A stretch of DNA of 64,000 bases from Clostridia bacterium (GTDB lineage Bacteria; Bacillota; Clostridia; JAAYHZ01), in the NCBI GenBank assembly GCA_050950825.1, contig JBMNIH010000003.1:128001-192000 (forward strand), given 5' to 3'. The notes under the pieces were generated by a model, which was not told the origin of the DNA, searched no databases, and was given only the letters and a program-made list of their open reading frames with translations. Below, in pieces: positions 38,591 to 47,758 of the stretch (positions are counted from its first letter, which is position 1; every line of letters begins with the position of its first letter). A program made the translations under genes and the position numbers.

Positions 38591-38617
38591 AGCATATGCA
38601 GGGGGCGAAAAAAGGGT
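38591..38617 (-). promoter_or_regulatory. Putative sigma-K promoter of the hypothetical-tgl operon
   Basis: AC-N17-CATATGCT fits AC-N16/17-CATAnnnT; tgl is sigma-K controlled in B. subtilis. Confidence 0.5.
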
Positions 38618-38639
38618 GAAAGGACCCCTATCCGATTTT

Positions 38640-39779
38640 CTAGGAAGAGGTTTCGGTATAAGGAGGCATGGGAGGGGGCTGTGCCGGGTTTTCCGAAGCG
38701 TTTTTCTTTCGGTGTTTAACCTCCGCCCCGATCCAAAGGCTTACGGGCAAAAAAAGCTGAAACGGCACCGCGATAAACGGGTAGTAGAAATTGATGAACT
38801 CGATTACTTCCGCCAGGTTCTTAAAAAGGTTTTCGCAGAGAACGATAAACAAAAGGCAAAAAGGAGCGGTTACGGAGCGGTAGTGATCCAAACGAAAAAT
38901 ATGCTGCATCCCTCTCAAGGCGGCAATCACACAAACGGTGGTTTTAACGAACCCCACGGCAAAAAATGCGATGGTTACGCTGGATTCGATTCTTTGAATG
39001 AACCTTCCGATTTCAATCAACCCGACCAAGTTATAGGAGGGAAAATAAAGCTGCTCCACCATTTCCGGCCCCAGCACAAGAAGGTTTCGAACTTTTATTA
39101 AAACAATCATAAAGCATCCGATCAAAAGGCCGATAAAAAAGGTCCTCTTCGGTTTGTTTCTTTCATTTGAAAATGTTAAGGCGTACATGAGAATAATAAT
39201 CTCACCGAAAGGATAAAAGATGCGAAGCAAAGCTTCATCCATAACCGGCTTGAATCCGCTTCCTAAAACGGGGCGCAAGTGATTGACATTGGCATTGGTC
39301 ATGGCCAAAGCGGATACCGTCAAAAGGATCAGCAGCACGGGATAAATGAAAAACTGGGACCACCTGCCCAACACCTCCATCCCGATTTTCGAGCTGTATA
39401 TGATGGTAAGGCCCATCATAATCAAAGACGCCCAAGGGGGTGTTTCGGGGAACGCTACCGTATGAATAAATTCGGAATTGATGCGAACCACAAAAGCTCC
39501 CGTAAAATACGCATAGATTGAAAACAAAACCGTGATACTCCGGCTGACGAAAGGAGGGAACACTTCGTCCGTCATTTCAAACAAGTGCATTCCGGGATAC
39601 AAAACCGCCAAGCGGACGAATATCAAGTAGATCGGTACAATAGCTACCGCTCCCAACAAAACGGCGATCCAAGAATCTTGTCTTGCGAAATATTCCACGT
39701 CGATAAGCAGCAAAGACCCCAAAAGGAACATGACAATGATAGGGACTATTTGCCTGTCGGATAAAACCTCTTTGTTCAT
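38640..39779 (-). CDS. Germinant receptor B subunit (GerAB/KB family)
   Basis: Multi-TM APC fold; QDSWIA, ETP, FIQRIE. Confidence 0.9.
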   Translation of the reverse strand: MNKEVLSDRQIVPIIVMFLLGSLLLIDVEYFARQDSWIAVLLGAVAIVPIYLIFVRLAVLYPGMHLFEMTDEVFPPFVSRSITVLFSIYAYFTGAFVVRINSEFIHTVAFPETPPWASLIMMGLTIIYSSKIGMEVLGRWSQFFIYPVLLILLTVSALAMTNANVNHLRPVLGSGFKPVMDEALLRIFYPFGEIIILMYALTFSNERNKPKRTFFIGLLIGCFMIVLIKVRNLLVLGPEMVEQLYFPSYNLVGLIEIGRFIQRIESSVTIAFFAVGFVKTTVCVIAALRGMQHIFRLDHYRSVTAPFCLLFIVLCENLFKNLAEVIEFINFYYPFIAVPFQLFLPVSLWIGAEVKHRKKNASENPAQPPPMPPYTETSS

Positions 39780-40015
39780 CGAAAATCACTCCTTACCCGT
39801 TCGCCGAAGGCCGCATCGATCATATCCATAAACCATAAGCAAAGCTTCGGCTGCAAAACCTGCTTTATGGATAAAAAGAACAGAACGTAAGAAAGAACCG
39901 TCAAGGACAAAAAAATCACCATGAGCTTTACGTTCTTTTCTTTTGCGATGGGTACAAAGTCGTGAAATACAACCAAAATGTGGAGCAACGTTATAAATAC
40001 CAGCATATTATTCAC
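39776..40015 (-). CDS. Small 2-TM protein in the ger operon (D-subunit-like)
   Basis: 79-aa hydrophobic ORF overlapping both neighbours. Confidence 0.65.
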   Translation of the reverse strand: MNNMLVFITLLHILVVFHDFVPIAKEKNVKLMVIFLSLTVLSYVLFFLSIKQVLQPKLCLWFMDMIDAAFGERVRSDFR

Positions 40016-41168
40016 GTATCCTTATCGGTTTCTTTTGAATGGCGGCGCCTTCGATATGGACCTCCGAATTCACCGTAACCTCGACGTTTTTAAAAACCTC
40101 TTTCCATCGGGGTTCTACTTTTTTCCATGTTTTCGGATCCCTTGCGCTTAATGCATCGGCAAAGCCGAATATGTCGACGCCGTATTCTTTTTGAATCGTT
40201 TTTATAAAAGCCGCAATGTTTTTGTTCAAAAGCTCTTCAAAGTGTTTTTCCAAATGATTTGCACCCTTTCGGTCCAGATGAAAATGGTACCCTTCGATTT
40301 CGCCGATATTTCCATGGACCGTCATATCGATTTCGAACTTAATTTCGTCATCTTTGACAACGGGCTTGATTTCTGTTTGGCTTTTTAAGATCTCCAGCGA
40401 AATTTTGATGGGTATATCGTTGTGTTCGATCTTTTCCGTTATCAAGCCTCTTGTAATTTCGTTTTTAACAAACATCATAAGCTCCGTTTCTTCATCGTTT
40501 AAATATCCGATTAAACGATCCTTGTCGAAGATGGCACTGCCGGATACGAAAAGCCGCTTGTTGCCGTTCTCTTCGTTAATATAGACCGTTGGAAGGGCGG
40601 TGCTGACACCGGGCTGGGCCAAATCCTGAAAAAGCTTCCACTCTTCAACACGAGGTACGGAGGTCACCGAATCCTTGTTTTGAAAAACCTGATCCATGGC
40701 CAAGGATACCACTTCTATGGTAGGATGGGTTATCTCCAATATTTCACGGGCGGTTTTTTCTTTGGATACGACAATCTTTATGGTCTGCCTGATTTCCGCA
40801 TCCCTTGCAAGCCAATCCATCACCGGCACCAAGCCTTCTTTGGCAATGTCCTCGCTTATGATCATCATTTTCGCATGGCTCCAATAGAGCTTGTTCCCGA
40901 TAACGGATATGGCGTTGCGGCTGGCTTCGAATAACGTAAGCCCGGAAGCCTTGATCAATGCGGAGGAGTGGTTTTTTTCCGGTCCTCCCGCTACGTCAAT
41001 GACTTCAAAGGTTAAAATGTACATATCGCCTTCTTTATCCAAGGCCGCTCCGGCCACAATGGTAAGGTCTTCGATTTCTCGATAGTTCCAGCAGCCGCAT
41101 AATAAAATCGATAAAAGAAGCCAAAGGAGTATAAAAAGCTTTTGAAAACTCTTTCCGTATGCTTTCAC
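40008..41168 (-). CDS. Germinant receptor C subunit, Ger(x)C lipoprotein
   Basis: Lipobox LLCGCWNYREI, DIFGF; GTG start 41168 overlaps the A-subunit stop. Confidence 0.9.
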   Translation of the reverse strand: MKAYGKSFQKLFILLWLLLSILLCGCWNYREIEDLTIVAGAALDKEGDMYILTFEVIDVAGGPEKNHSSALIKASGLTLFEASRNAISVIGNKLYWSHAKMMIISEDIAKEGLVPVMDWLARDAEIRQTIKIVVSKEKTAREILEITHPTIEVVSLAMDQVFQNKDSVTSVPRVEEWKLFQDLAQPGVSTALPTVYINEENGNKRLFVSGSAIFDKDRLIGYLNDEETELMMFVKNEITRGLITEKIEHNDIPIKISLEILKSQTEIKPVVKDDEIKFEIDMTVHGNIGEIEGYHFHLDRKGANHLEKHFEELLNKNIAAFIKTIQKEYGVDIFGFADALSARDPKTWKKVEPRWKEVFKNVEVTVNSEVHIEGAAIQKKPIRIRE

Positions 41169-42760
41169 GACATCATCTTTCCTTTTCTGCTGTCCATGGA
41201 TTGGCGCCTGCTCGCAATTCCGGATACCAACTTGGATCTCGTATTCATAAACCACCAAGGAGTTCGGATAACGGTATCTTTGATTTCATCCGGCTTAACG
41301 GAGCCTAAGCCCATCATAAAGGGTACTCCCAAGGAGCGAAGACTGAAAAGATGCAAAAACAGAACGAAGGTCCCGTAGCACAGGCCGTATATCCCCATGA
41401 CGGCCGTCAACATTAACAAAAGCGTTCGGATGATAATGTATGCACCTTTTAATTTGGGTGTCATGATCCCGGTGGTACCGGTGATGGCAACGATGATGAC
41501 GATAAGAGAGCTGAAAAATCGGGCGTCTACGGCGGCTTGACCTAAGATCAAAGCTCCTACAATGGTTATGGACTGACCCATTTGGGAGGAAATTCGCGCG
41601 CTGGCCTCTCGAACCAAATCAAAGGCGAACAAAAGCAAAAGCATCTCCACAATGGTGGGAAAGGGAACTCCCTGTCGAGCCGCCGAAATACTCAGCAAAA
41701 GCGGAGTGGGTATCATCTCCTGATGGAAGGTGACCAAGGCCAGATAGACGGAAGGTGCGGCTATGGAAATGGCGGCACTTGTGATCCTCAAAATACGGTT
41801 TAAAGAAGCAAAGTGATATTCGGTATAGTAGTCTTCCGCCGTTTGGAAGCTTTCGATAAACACAAAAGGCATGGTCAGCACCTTGGAGGATCCGTCCACA
41901 AGAATGGCGATACGTCCTTCTAAGATTTTGCTCACCGTTACGTCCGGCCGCTCGGTAGACCCTACCGTGGAAAACACGGACAGAGGCGAATCCACGATGT
42001 TCTCCGCAATGACATTGGCTCCTACCACGGAATCGATGTCGATTTTGTCGATTCGATTTTCCAGCTCGTTCAAAACCCTCTCGTTCACCAAGTTCTCCAA
42101 ATAGCAAAGACAGATGGTTGTACGAGTTCGCGTCCCCACTTCTTTAAACTTAAATTTTAACTCCGGAGATTTTAATCTTCGGCGAATCAAGGTCAAGTTG
42201 ACCGATAAGTTTTCAACAAATCCCTCTCGCGGACCCTCCAATACCTTTTCAAATTCCGGCTCCGTGATCTGCCGCTCTGCATAGTCCGTACTCCTTATCA
42301 CCAGCGCTTTATCTTCGCCGTCAACAAAAAGGACGGTATCGCCTTCGAAAAGGGATTGAAGAACCGAATCCATGTATTCCGTTTCTTTCATATCCATGGA
42401 AGGGATCACTTTGGTTTTCAAGTAATCGATCATCTCGTCCTTTGGAACGTCCCGAAGATCGCTCTGCAGGATAGGGGCAATGAGGTTTTCGTTAATATCC
42501 TTATGATCCGCCATATTGCTAACAAACACGATACATGCATGAAAGGATTCGGTATGTCGGTTTCCGAAACAGCGGTAGATTACGGATTTATCGTATTTAA
42601 AAATATCCTTGAGCCGGTTGATATTCTCCGTAAGCACCGGACTTAAGGGCTTCATGATTCCGTACGGATCTTGGTCCGAAGGAGTTGAAGTATTGATGTT
42701 GTCTTCCGGTTTTTCAACAGGTTCCGTATTCGTTCCATTCGTTTTCTTCCACATACGCAA
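41165..42760 (-). CDS. Germinant receptor A subunit (GerAA/KA family)
   Basis: GPREGFVE, TERPD, LVDGS, VGALILGQAAV. Confidence 0.94.
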   Translation of the reverse strand: MRMWKKTNGTNTEPVEKPEDNINTSTPSDQDPYGIMKPLSPVLTENINRLKDIFKYDKSVIYRCFGNRHTESFHACIVFVSNMADHKDINENLIAPILQSDLRDVPKDEMIDYLKTKVIPSMDMKETEYMDSVLQSLFEGDTVLFVDGEDKALVIRSTDYAERQITEPEFEKVLEGPREGFVENLSVNLTLIRRRLKSPELKFKFKEVGTRTRTTICLCYLENLVNERVLNELENRIDKIDIDSVVGANVIAENIVDSPLSVFSTVGSTERPDVTVSKILEGRIAILVDGSSKVLTMPFVFIESFQTAEDYYTEYHFASLNRILRITSAAISIAAPSVYLALVTFHQEMIPTPLLLSISAARQGVPFPTIVEMLLLLFAFDLVREASARISSQMGQSITIVGALILGQAAVDARFFSSLIVIIVAITGTTGIMTPKLKGAYIIIRTLLLMLTAVMGIYGLCYGTFVLFLHLFSLRSLGVPFMMGLGSVKPDEIKDTVIRTPWWFMNTRSKLVSGIASRRQSMDSRKGKMMS

Positions 42761-42783
42761 CTCGTCCCTTCTTTCTTTAGGTT

Positions 42784-42812
42784 ATTGTATCCAAGGAAGA
42801 AAACAATTATCC
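42784..42812 (-). promoter_or_regulatory. Putative forespore sigma-F/G promoter of the ger operon
   Basis: GGATA-N15-GGATACAAT. Confidence 0.55.
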
Positions 42813-42886
42813 AAAATCAAAAAAAGACACGGTCTTTCATTATAAAGACCGTGCCCTTATTCTTAAACCTTGTTATTCCTTTTATG

Positions 42887-43747
42887 TTACAGCTTCGCCA
42901 TCTTTTCCTTCAGGAAATCCACCGCCAATTGGATGTCGGCGGCAGGGTTCTTTCCTACTTCCCTTTCAATGGTCAAATATCCTTTGAAGCCGATGTCCTG
43001 CAAAGCCTTCAAGTAGTTGTCAAAGTCCACTTGCCCTTGTCCTAAGGGTACTTCCTTGAAATAGTCCTCCAACCTTAAATCCCCGATACCGCCGTCGGCA
43101 AAAAAGCCGTAAACAATGGCCGGATCGGTTTTCTTCAAGAGAATACCGTCTTTGGCATGGGTATGAACAATGTAGTCCTTCAAGGTATAGACCGCTTGAA
43201 CCGGATCATCGTCGGTTACCATAACCAAGTTCGCCGGGTCCAAGTTCACCGCAACGCCCTTGGAGTCCAAACCGTCTAAAAATTTCTTCAGGCGAGCCGC
43301 CGGTTCCGGACCGGTTTCGATGGCGAAGAAAGCGCCGTTGCTATGGGCGTATTCCGCCAATTCGTTGCAGGCCTCCTGCATAATTTTGTACTTGTCGCAT
43401 TCCGTATCCTCGGGAACAACCCCGATGTGGGTGGTTACGACCCGGGACCCTAATTCCAACGCCAAGTCCACTATGCGTTTGGATTTTTCCACCTTCCATA
43501 CGTTGTCTTCCGCTCTTTCAAACCCGTGTCCTCCTAAGTCTCCGCAGAGGGCGGAAACCTCCAAACCGTTGTCGCGGATAACGGCTCTTTTTTCGGCGAT
43601 AAGAGCCGGGGTCATGTTTTCCGGAGCCATTTCGCCTTCGACGGCATACAATTGCACGCCGTCCGCTCCCATCTTTTTGCACACTTCCATACTTTCTTTA
43701 AAAGGAAGTCGAAGCCAGTCGGCAATAATCCCGATTTTGAATTTCAT
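42887..43747 (-). CDS. Sugar phosphate isomerase/epimerase (xylose isomerase-like TIM barrel)
   Basis: AIETGPE, NLDPAN, HTHAKDG, LTIERE. Confidence 0.9.
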   Translation of the reverse strand: MKFKIGIIADWLRLPFKESMEVCKKMGADGVQLYAVEGEMAPENMTPALIAEKRAVIRDNGLEVSALCGDLGGHGFERAEDNVWKVEKSKRIVDLALELGSRVVTTHIGVVPEDTECDKYKIMQEACNELAEYAHSNGAFFAIETGPEPAARLKKFLDGLDSKGVAVNLDPANLVMVTDDDPVQAVYTLKDYIVHTHAKDGILLKKTDPAIVYGFFADGGIGDLRLEDYFKEVPLGQGQVDFDNYLKALQDIGFKGYLTIEREVGKNPAADIQLAVDFLKEKMAKL

Positions 43748-43787
43748 TCCATCTACCTCCTCGTATTCCTATAGATCTTCCCCGGTA

Positions 43788-44621
43788 TTAAAGGTACACC
43801 CATTCTCCGGGAGTTTCAAGAGCCAAAAGCCCCTTTTCCCGTATTGCCATGATTTCAACGGTTTCTTCGTGAGGTACCGGAACGATTCCCGTTCGATAGA
43901 AGGAAACCAGCTCCTTGATGAAAGCCTTGAAGAAGTCCGACTGCACGTTTACGACCTTGTTTCCCTTCACGCTGCAAATATTCATCATAAAGGGTGCTCC
44001 CGCTTCCATTTGGGACAAGGTCGCCACTCTTCCGTCTTCGAATTCCACGGTCATGTTCAGCCATTTTTGGCCTTTGTTGCAAAGGACTCTTTTTGCTTTT
44101 CCCTTCATCAGCATCACAATGGGTTCCAATTGGTGGACGGAATAGGTGTCAAAATTACCGGGTCCCCAGCTGTTTATCATAAGTATTCCGTCGCAGTCGA
44201 TGGCCTTGTATTCTTCCGCAAAGCGTAGCGCCGAGGTGGAATAGCAGGGAGTGCCGTGCTTTTCCGCCAATTCCATTATGCGGACGGCTGTCGCTTTGTC
44301 CGGCGCAAAGGTCTTGTCCACATAAACGGGCTTTCCGGAGCGCAGCGGCATTTGGCAAAGCTCCTCGTGCATTTCGCAGTTGTCCGGAGACAGAACCGTC
44401 AGTACGTCGCTTTTTTCAATGACTTCTTCTATGGTTTCGCACTTTTCAATACCGTACTTTTCACACCATTGCTCCGTGGTCATCCCGCTGATAGGGCTTT
44501 TAATCATCCCGTACGCGTAGGCTACAACCATTTCCCCTCCGGAGGCTTCCCTGATCCAAGCAGGGTAGTTGTTGGCATGCCATTCGTCCAAGTAATAATC
44601 AATAAATCCGATTTTAATCAT
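43788..44621 (-). CDS. Divergent Gfo/Idh/MocA-like oxidoreductase
   Basis: VYVDKTFA, YSTSALRF, YSVHQLE; atypical Rossmann start GFIDYYLDEWH. Confidence 0.7.
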   Translation of the reverse strand: MIKIGFIDYYLDEWHANNYPAWIREASGGEMVVAYAYGMIKSPISGMTTEQWCEKYGIEKCETIEEVIEKSDVLTVLSPDNCEMHEELCQMPLRSGKPVYVDKTFAPDKATAVRIMELAEKHGTPCYSTSALRFAEEYKAIDCDGILMINSWGPGNFDTYSVHQLEPIVMLMKGKAKRVLCNKGQKWLNMTVEFEDGRVATLSQMEAGAPFMMNICSVKGNKVVNVQSDFFKAFIKELVSFYRTGIVPVPHEETVEIMAIREKGLLALETPGEWVYL

Positions 44622-44627
44622 AATTCA

Positions 44628-45686
44628 TCATCCTAAAACAATTTCACGATGTTGGTCGGAGGAATCGTAGATTGCCTGCATGATCTTTGCCGTAATGATG
44701 ACGGTATCGATGTGGGAAGCCAATTTCTTTCCGGTCTTGATACAATCCACGAAAGCATTGATTTCGTTTTCAAAATGATTGGTCATGTTAAACTGGGGTT
44801 TGTATGAAACCAATGCCCCGTTTTCCACGGTATAGAGGGTAAACCCTGCGCCGTAGTCCAAACGGATACCGGCCTTGTCCCCCATAAAGTCGATATACAT
44901 TTCTCTTTCTCCGATGTTTTGAGCCCAAGCGCCGTTGAAGGTAATAACCGGGCCTTCGGTACGAATCATACCGGTAATGGAATCGTCTACATCATAAATC
45001 CCGTCATATTTCGGAGGACCTGCCCACATGCTTGTGTAGACGTATTCCTTCATGTTTTTGCCTAACTTGCAGAAGGCTTCTCCCGTAACCGTAATCGGTT
45101 TCGGATCTCCGCAGCAGTACATAACAATGTCCAGGAAATGAACGCCCCAATCGATCAAGGCACCGCCGCCGGCGATTTCTTTCGTAGTAAAAGCACCGCC
45201 TAAGCCCGGGATGGAGCGGTGTGAACGAAAGCTGACGTATACGTGGAATACTTCTCCCAATTTACCGCTGTCAATGTATTCCTTGATTCGGTTGACACTG
45301 TCGTTGAAACGATTGACAACACCGATGTTCAAGATTTTCCCGGTTTCTTGGGCCGCCTTTTGCATTTCCAAAGCTTCCGCATAGGTTCTGGCCGCCGGTT
45401 TTTCGCACAATACGTGTTTTCCGGCTCTCAAGCAGTCGATGGAGATATAGGCATGTTCTTTGTTCGGTGTACAAACGGAAACCGCCGTCACTTCCGGATC
45501 CTTTAGGATTTCCTTGTAATCCGTTACCGCGATCCCGCAGCCGTATTTTTCTACGGCAGCCTTGGCTCTTTCGGGAATGATGTCGCAAAAATACTTGATT
45601 TCCACTTCCTTGTTCTTCATGTAAGCGGGAATATGAGCCGAATTGGCAATCGTCCCGCATCCGATAATGGCAACTTTCATTGTCAT
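44628..45686 (-). CDS. Gfo/Idh/MocA NAD-dependent oxidoreductase
   Basis: IIGCGTIA, CTPNKEH, CEKP, GGGALIDWGVH; start taken at MTMKV. Confidence 0.92.
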   Translation of the reverse strand: MTMKVAIIGCGTIANSAHIPAYMKNKEVEIKYFCDIIPERAKAAVEKYGCGIAVTDYKEILKDPEVTAVSVCTPNKEHAYISIDCLRAGKHVLCEKPAARTYAEALEMQKAAQETGKILNIGVVNRFNDSVNRIKEYIDSGKLGEVFHVYVSFRSHRSIPGLGGAFTTKEIAGGGALIDWGVHFLDIVMYCCGDPKPITVTGEAFCKLGKNMKEYVYTSMWAGPPKYDGIYDVDDSITGMIRTEGPVITFNGAWAQNIGEREMYIDFMGDKAGIRLDYGAGFTLYTVENGALVSYKPQFNMTNHFENEINAFVDCIKTGKKLASHIDTVIITAKIMQAIYDSSDQHREIVLG

Positions 45687-45730
45687 AGACAAATCTCCCT
45701 CCATTGTATATTGATAAAACCCGTATCAGG

Positions 45731-46633
45731 TTATGCATCCTTTTCCATGTTCTCTTCCGCCCACTTGCGAAAATCCGTCGGGGTCATGCCGACAAAGCCG
45801 TGAAAGGCTCTGCTGAAAGCATGAATGGACTTGTACCCGATCATTTCCGCCGTGGCCGTGATGCTGTGTCCCTTTAGGATATATTCCTTGGCTTTCTCAA
45901 ACCGCCTTTTGAAATAGTAGGAGCGTAAATGCTCTCCCGTCACCGTATAAAACTTTTGGGCGATATGGGTGTAGCTGTATCCGAATATGCGGCTTAGTTG
46001 CGCCAAATTTTGAATGTTTTCCGCTTGGGTATCGATATAGTGGACGATGTCGTATACCCGGTTTTGATCCGTATCTCTTTCGTTGACCTTGTATGTGCGG
46101 TACTTTTTTTGGCTGAAGGCTCGGTAGGTTTTGACGAGGATTTGGGTAAGGTACGCTTCCAACATAACTTCCGTAAAAGTATCCAATGTCAAAAGCTCCG
46201 TAAACATTTTCATAAACAAATCTTGAATGCCGGTTCCGTCATAGGCCATACGATTTTTCGGATCGTCAAACAAAGCCTTTTGCTTTGACAAGGTTTCGTT
46301 TAAAGAAGCCTTGGAATCAAAGACAAATCCCAAATAAAAATAGCGTAAAGGTTCGTTTTCCGAAGACCGTATTTCATGATCTTCTCCGATTCGATTAAGA
46401 TAAAGCATTCCCTTTGAAACTTCCGTTTCCGTTCCGTTGGTTATGAACACTCCGGAGCCCGAGACGATGTAGCTGATCTCATGTACAAGCTGACGATGAT
46501 TCGGTACACGGTAGCCGGGTTCGCAGTACAAATCCCCGATTTGGTAGATGATGTACGGTCCCACCTTCCGGTTCATCTCTTCGTAAACATTGTCAAAATG
46601 AAATTTTGCTCTGCCGCCGGTCTTCATTTCCAA
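45731..46633 (-). CDS. AraC-family regulator (cupin plus HTH)
   Basis: HRQLVHEI cupin; GYKSIHAFSRAFHGFVGMTPTDFR. Confidence 0.92.
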   Translation of the reverse strand: MEMKTGGRAKFHFDNVYEEMNRKVGPYIIYQIGDLYCEPGYRVPNHRQLVHEISYIVSGSGVFITNGTETEVSKGMLYLNRIGEDHEIRSSENEPLRYFYLGFVFDSKASLNETLSKQKALFDDPKNRMAYDGTGIQDLFMKMFTELLTLDTFTEVMLEAYLTQILVKTYRAFSQKKYRTYKVNERDTDQNRVYDIVHYIDTQAENIQNLAQLSRIFGYSYTHIAQKFYTVTGEHLRSYYFKRRFEKAKEYILKGHSITATAEMIGYKSIHAFSRAFHGFVGMTPTDFRKWAEENMEKDA

Positions 46634-46854
46634 CTATCCTTTACCTTCCTTCACTACTCTTAGTATACATGAACGAAGAAAAAAATATTTGATATATTTA
46701 TGAATCTATTTAACATTTTTAAAAGATTTGATATTAGTATAACGAAAAAGCTGCAAAAGACCGCGAGGGAATATGACGGTGTCACGAAACACTAGGAAAT
46801 ATCTTTGGCAACCGGTATAATTTTTTTAACATTTATATATAAAGGTGTACAAAA

Positions 46855-47667
46855 ATGAATCGAAAAGACGAAAAGATCTATTGGCAATTTCATCAAAGCA
46901 CCAACGAGGAAATGCCCCAAAACACCATGGAAGCCTTTGAATACGCCTGGTCGTTAGGGGGAATTCCGGAATTGGATATACGGACCACAAAAGACGGCGT
47001 CATCATCGCTTTTCATGACGATACGCCCAAAAGAATCGCGGTAACCGCCCCGGAATATGAAAACAGGAGCATAAGGGAGTGTACCTTGGAAGAAGTCAAA
47101 GCCTTTGATATGGGAGCCAAGCTTCATGAAAGGTTTCAAGGATTTAAGGTGCCTACATTGGAAGAAACCTTTAAAGCCATGAAGGGCCAACCGGATCGTT
47201 TGGTTTATCTGGATTTAAAAGACGTGGATCTTTCGGAGTTAGCCAAAATGATAAAAGACTATTCCATGAGCGCTCAAGTCATATTCACCCACAACAACCG
47301 CGAAAACTGCATGACGATGAAGCGGTACGTAAAGGACATGCGGACCATGCTCTGGATCGGCGGAAAAGCCCCGGCCATCATGGAAAAATTCAACCGTGCA
47401 AAAGAAGCGGAATTTGAAGGCTTAAACCAAGTGCAGCTCCACCTGAACGACCCGGAAAGCTTTACCGATTGGCGCTACCAATTGGATCCTTCCTTTGTGG
47501 AATACGCTTTGGAAGAAACGTCGAAAAGAGGCTTGGACTTGGAGGTTCTTCCCTACAAGTTCGACAAAAAGAATCTATTCCGGCTTTTGGACATGGGCAT
47601 CCGTTGGTTTGCCGTGGACGAGCCGAAGCGGTTTATCGCTTGCGTCGAAGAATGGCGGAAAATTTGA
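46855..47667 (+). CDS. Glycerophosphodiester phosphodiesterase-family protein (divergent motif)
   Basis: PQNTMEAF, ELDIRTTKDG..FHD, VPTLEE. Confidence 0.8.
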   Translation: MNRKDEKIYWQFHQSTNEEMPQNTMEAFEYAWSLGGIPELDIRTTKDGVIIAFHDDTPKRIAVTAPEYENRSIRECTLEEVKAFDMGAKLHERFQGFKVPTLEETFKAMKGQPDRLVYLDLKDVDLSELAKMIKDYSMSAQVIFTHNNRENCMTMKRYVKDMRTMLWIGGKAPAIMEKFNRAKEAEFEGLNQVQLHLNDPESFTDWRYQLDPSFVEYALEETSKRGLDLEVLPYKFDKKNLFRLLDMGIRWFAVDEPKRFIACVEEWRKI

Positions 47668-47674
47668 CGGTTAA

Positions 47675-47704
47675 AACAAAGCCGGCATCGAAGCCGGCTT
47701 TGTT
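47675..47704. terminator. Bidirectional terminator between convergent genes
   Basis: AACAAAGCCGGC-atcgaa-GCCGGCTTTGTT. Confidence 0.75.
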
Positions 47705-47758
47705 CTCATACCAATTATAATTTTGCCGGTATCGCCGGCACAAGATCGTGTCACGCCT

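Noticed and set aside
43260-44228. Long plus-strand ORF (322 aa) and similar antisense ORFs across the window
   Set aside because: Shadow frames of well-supported minus-strand genes, with no protein motifs
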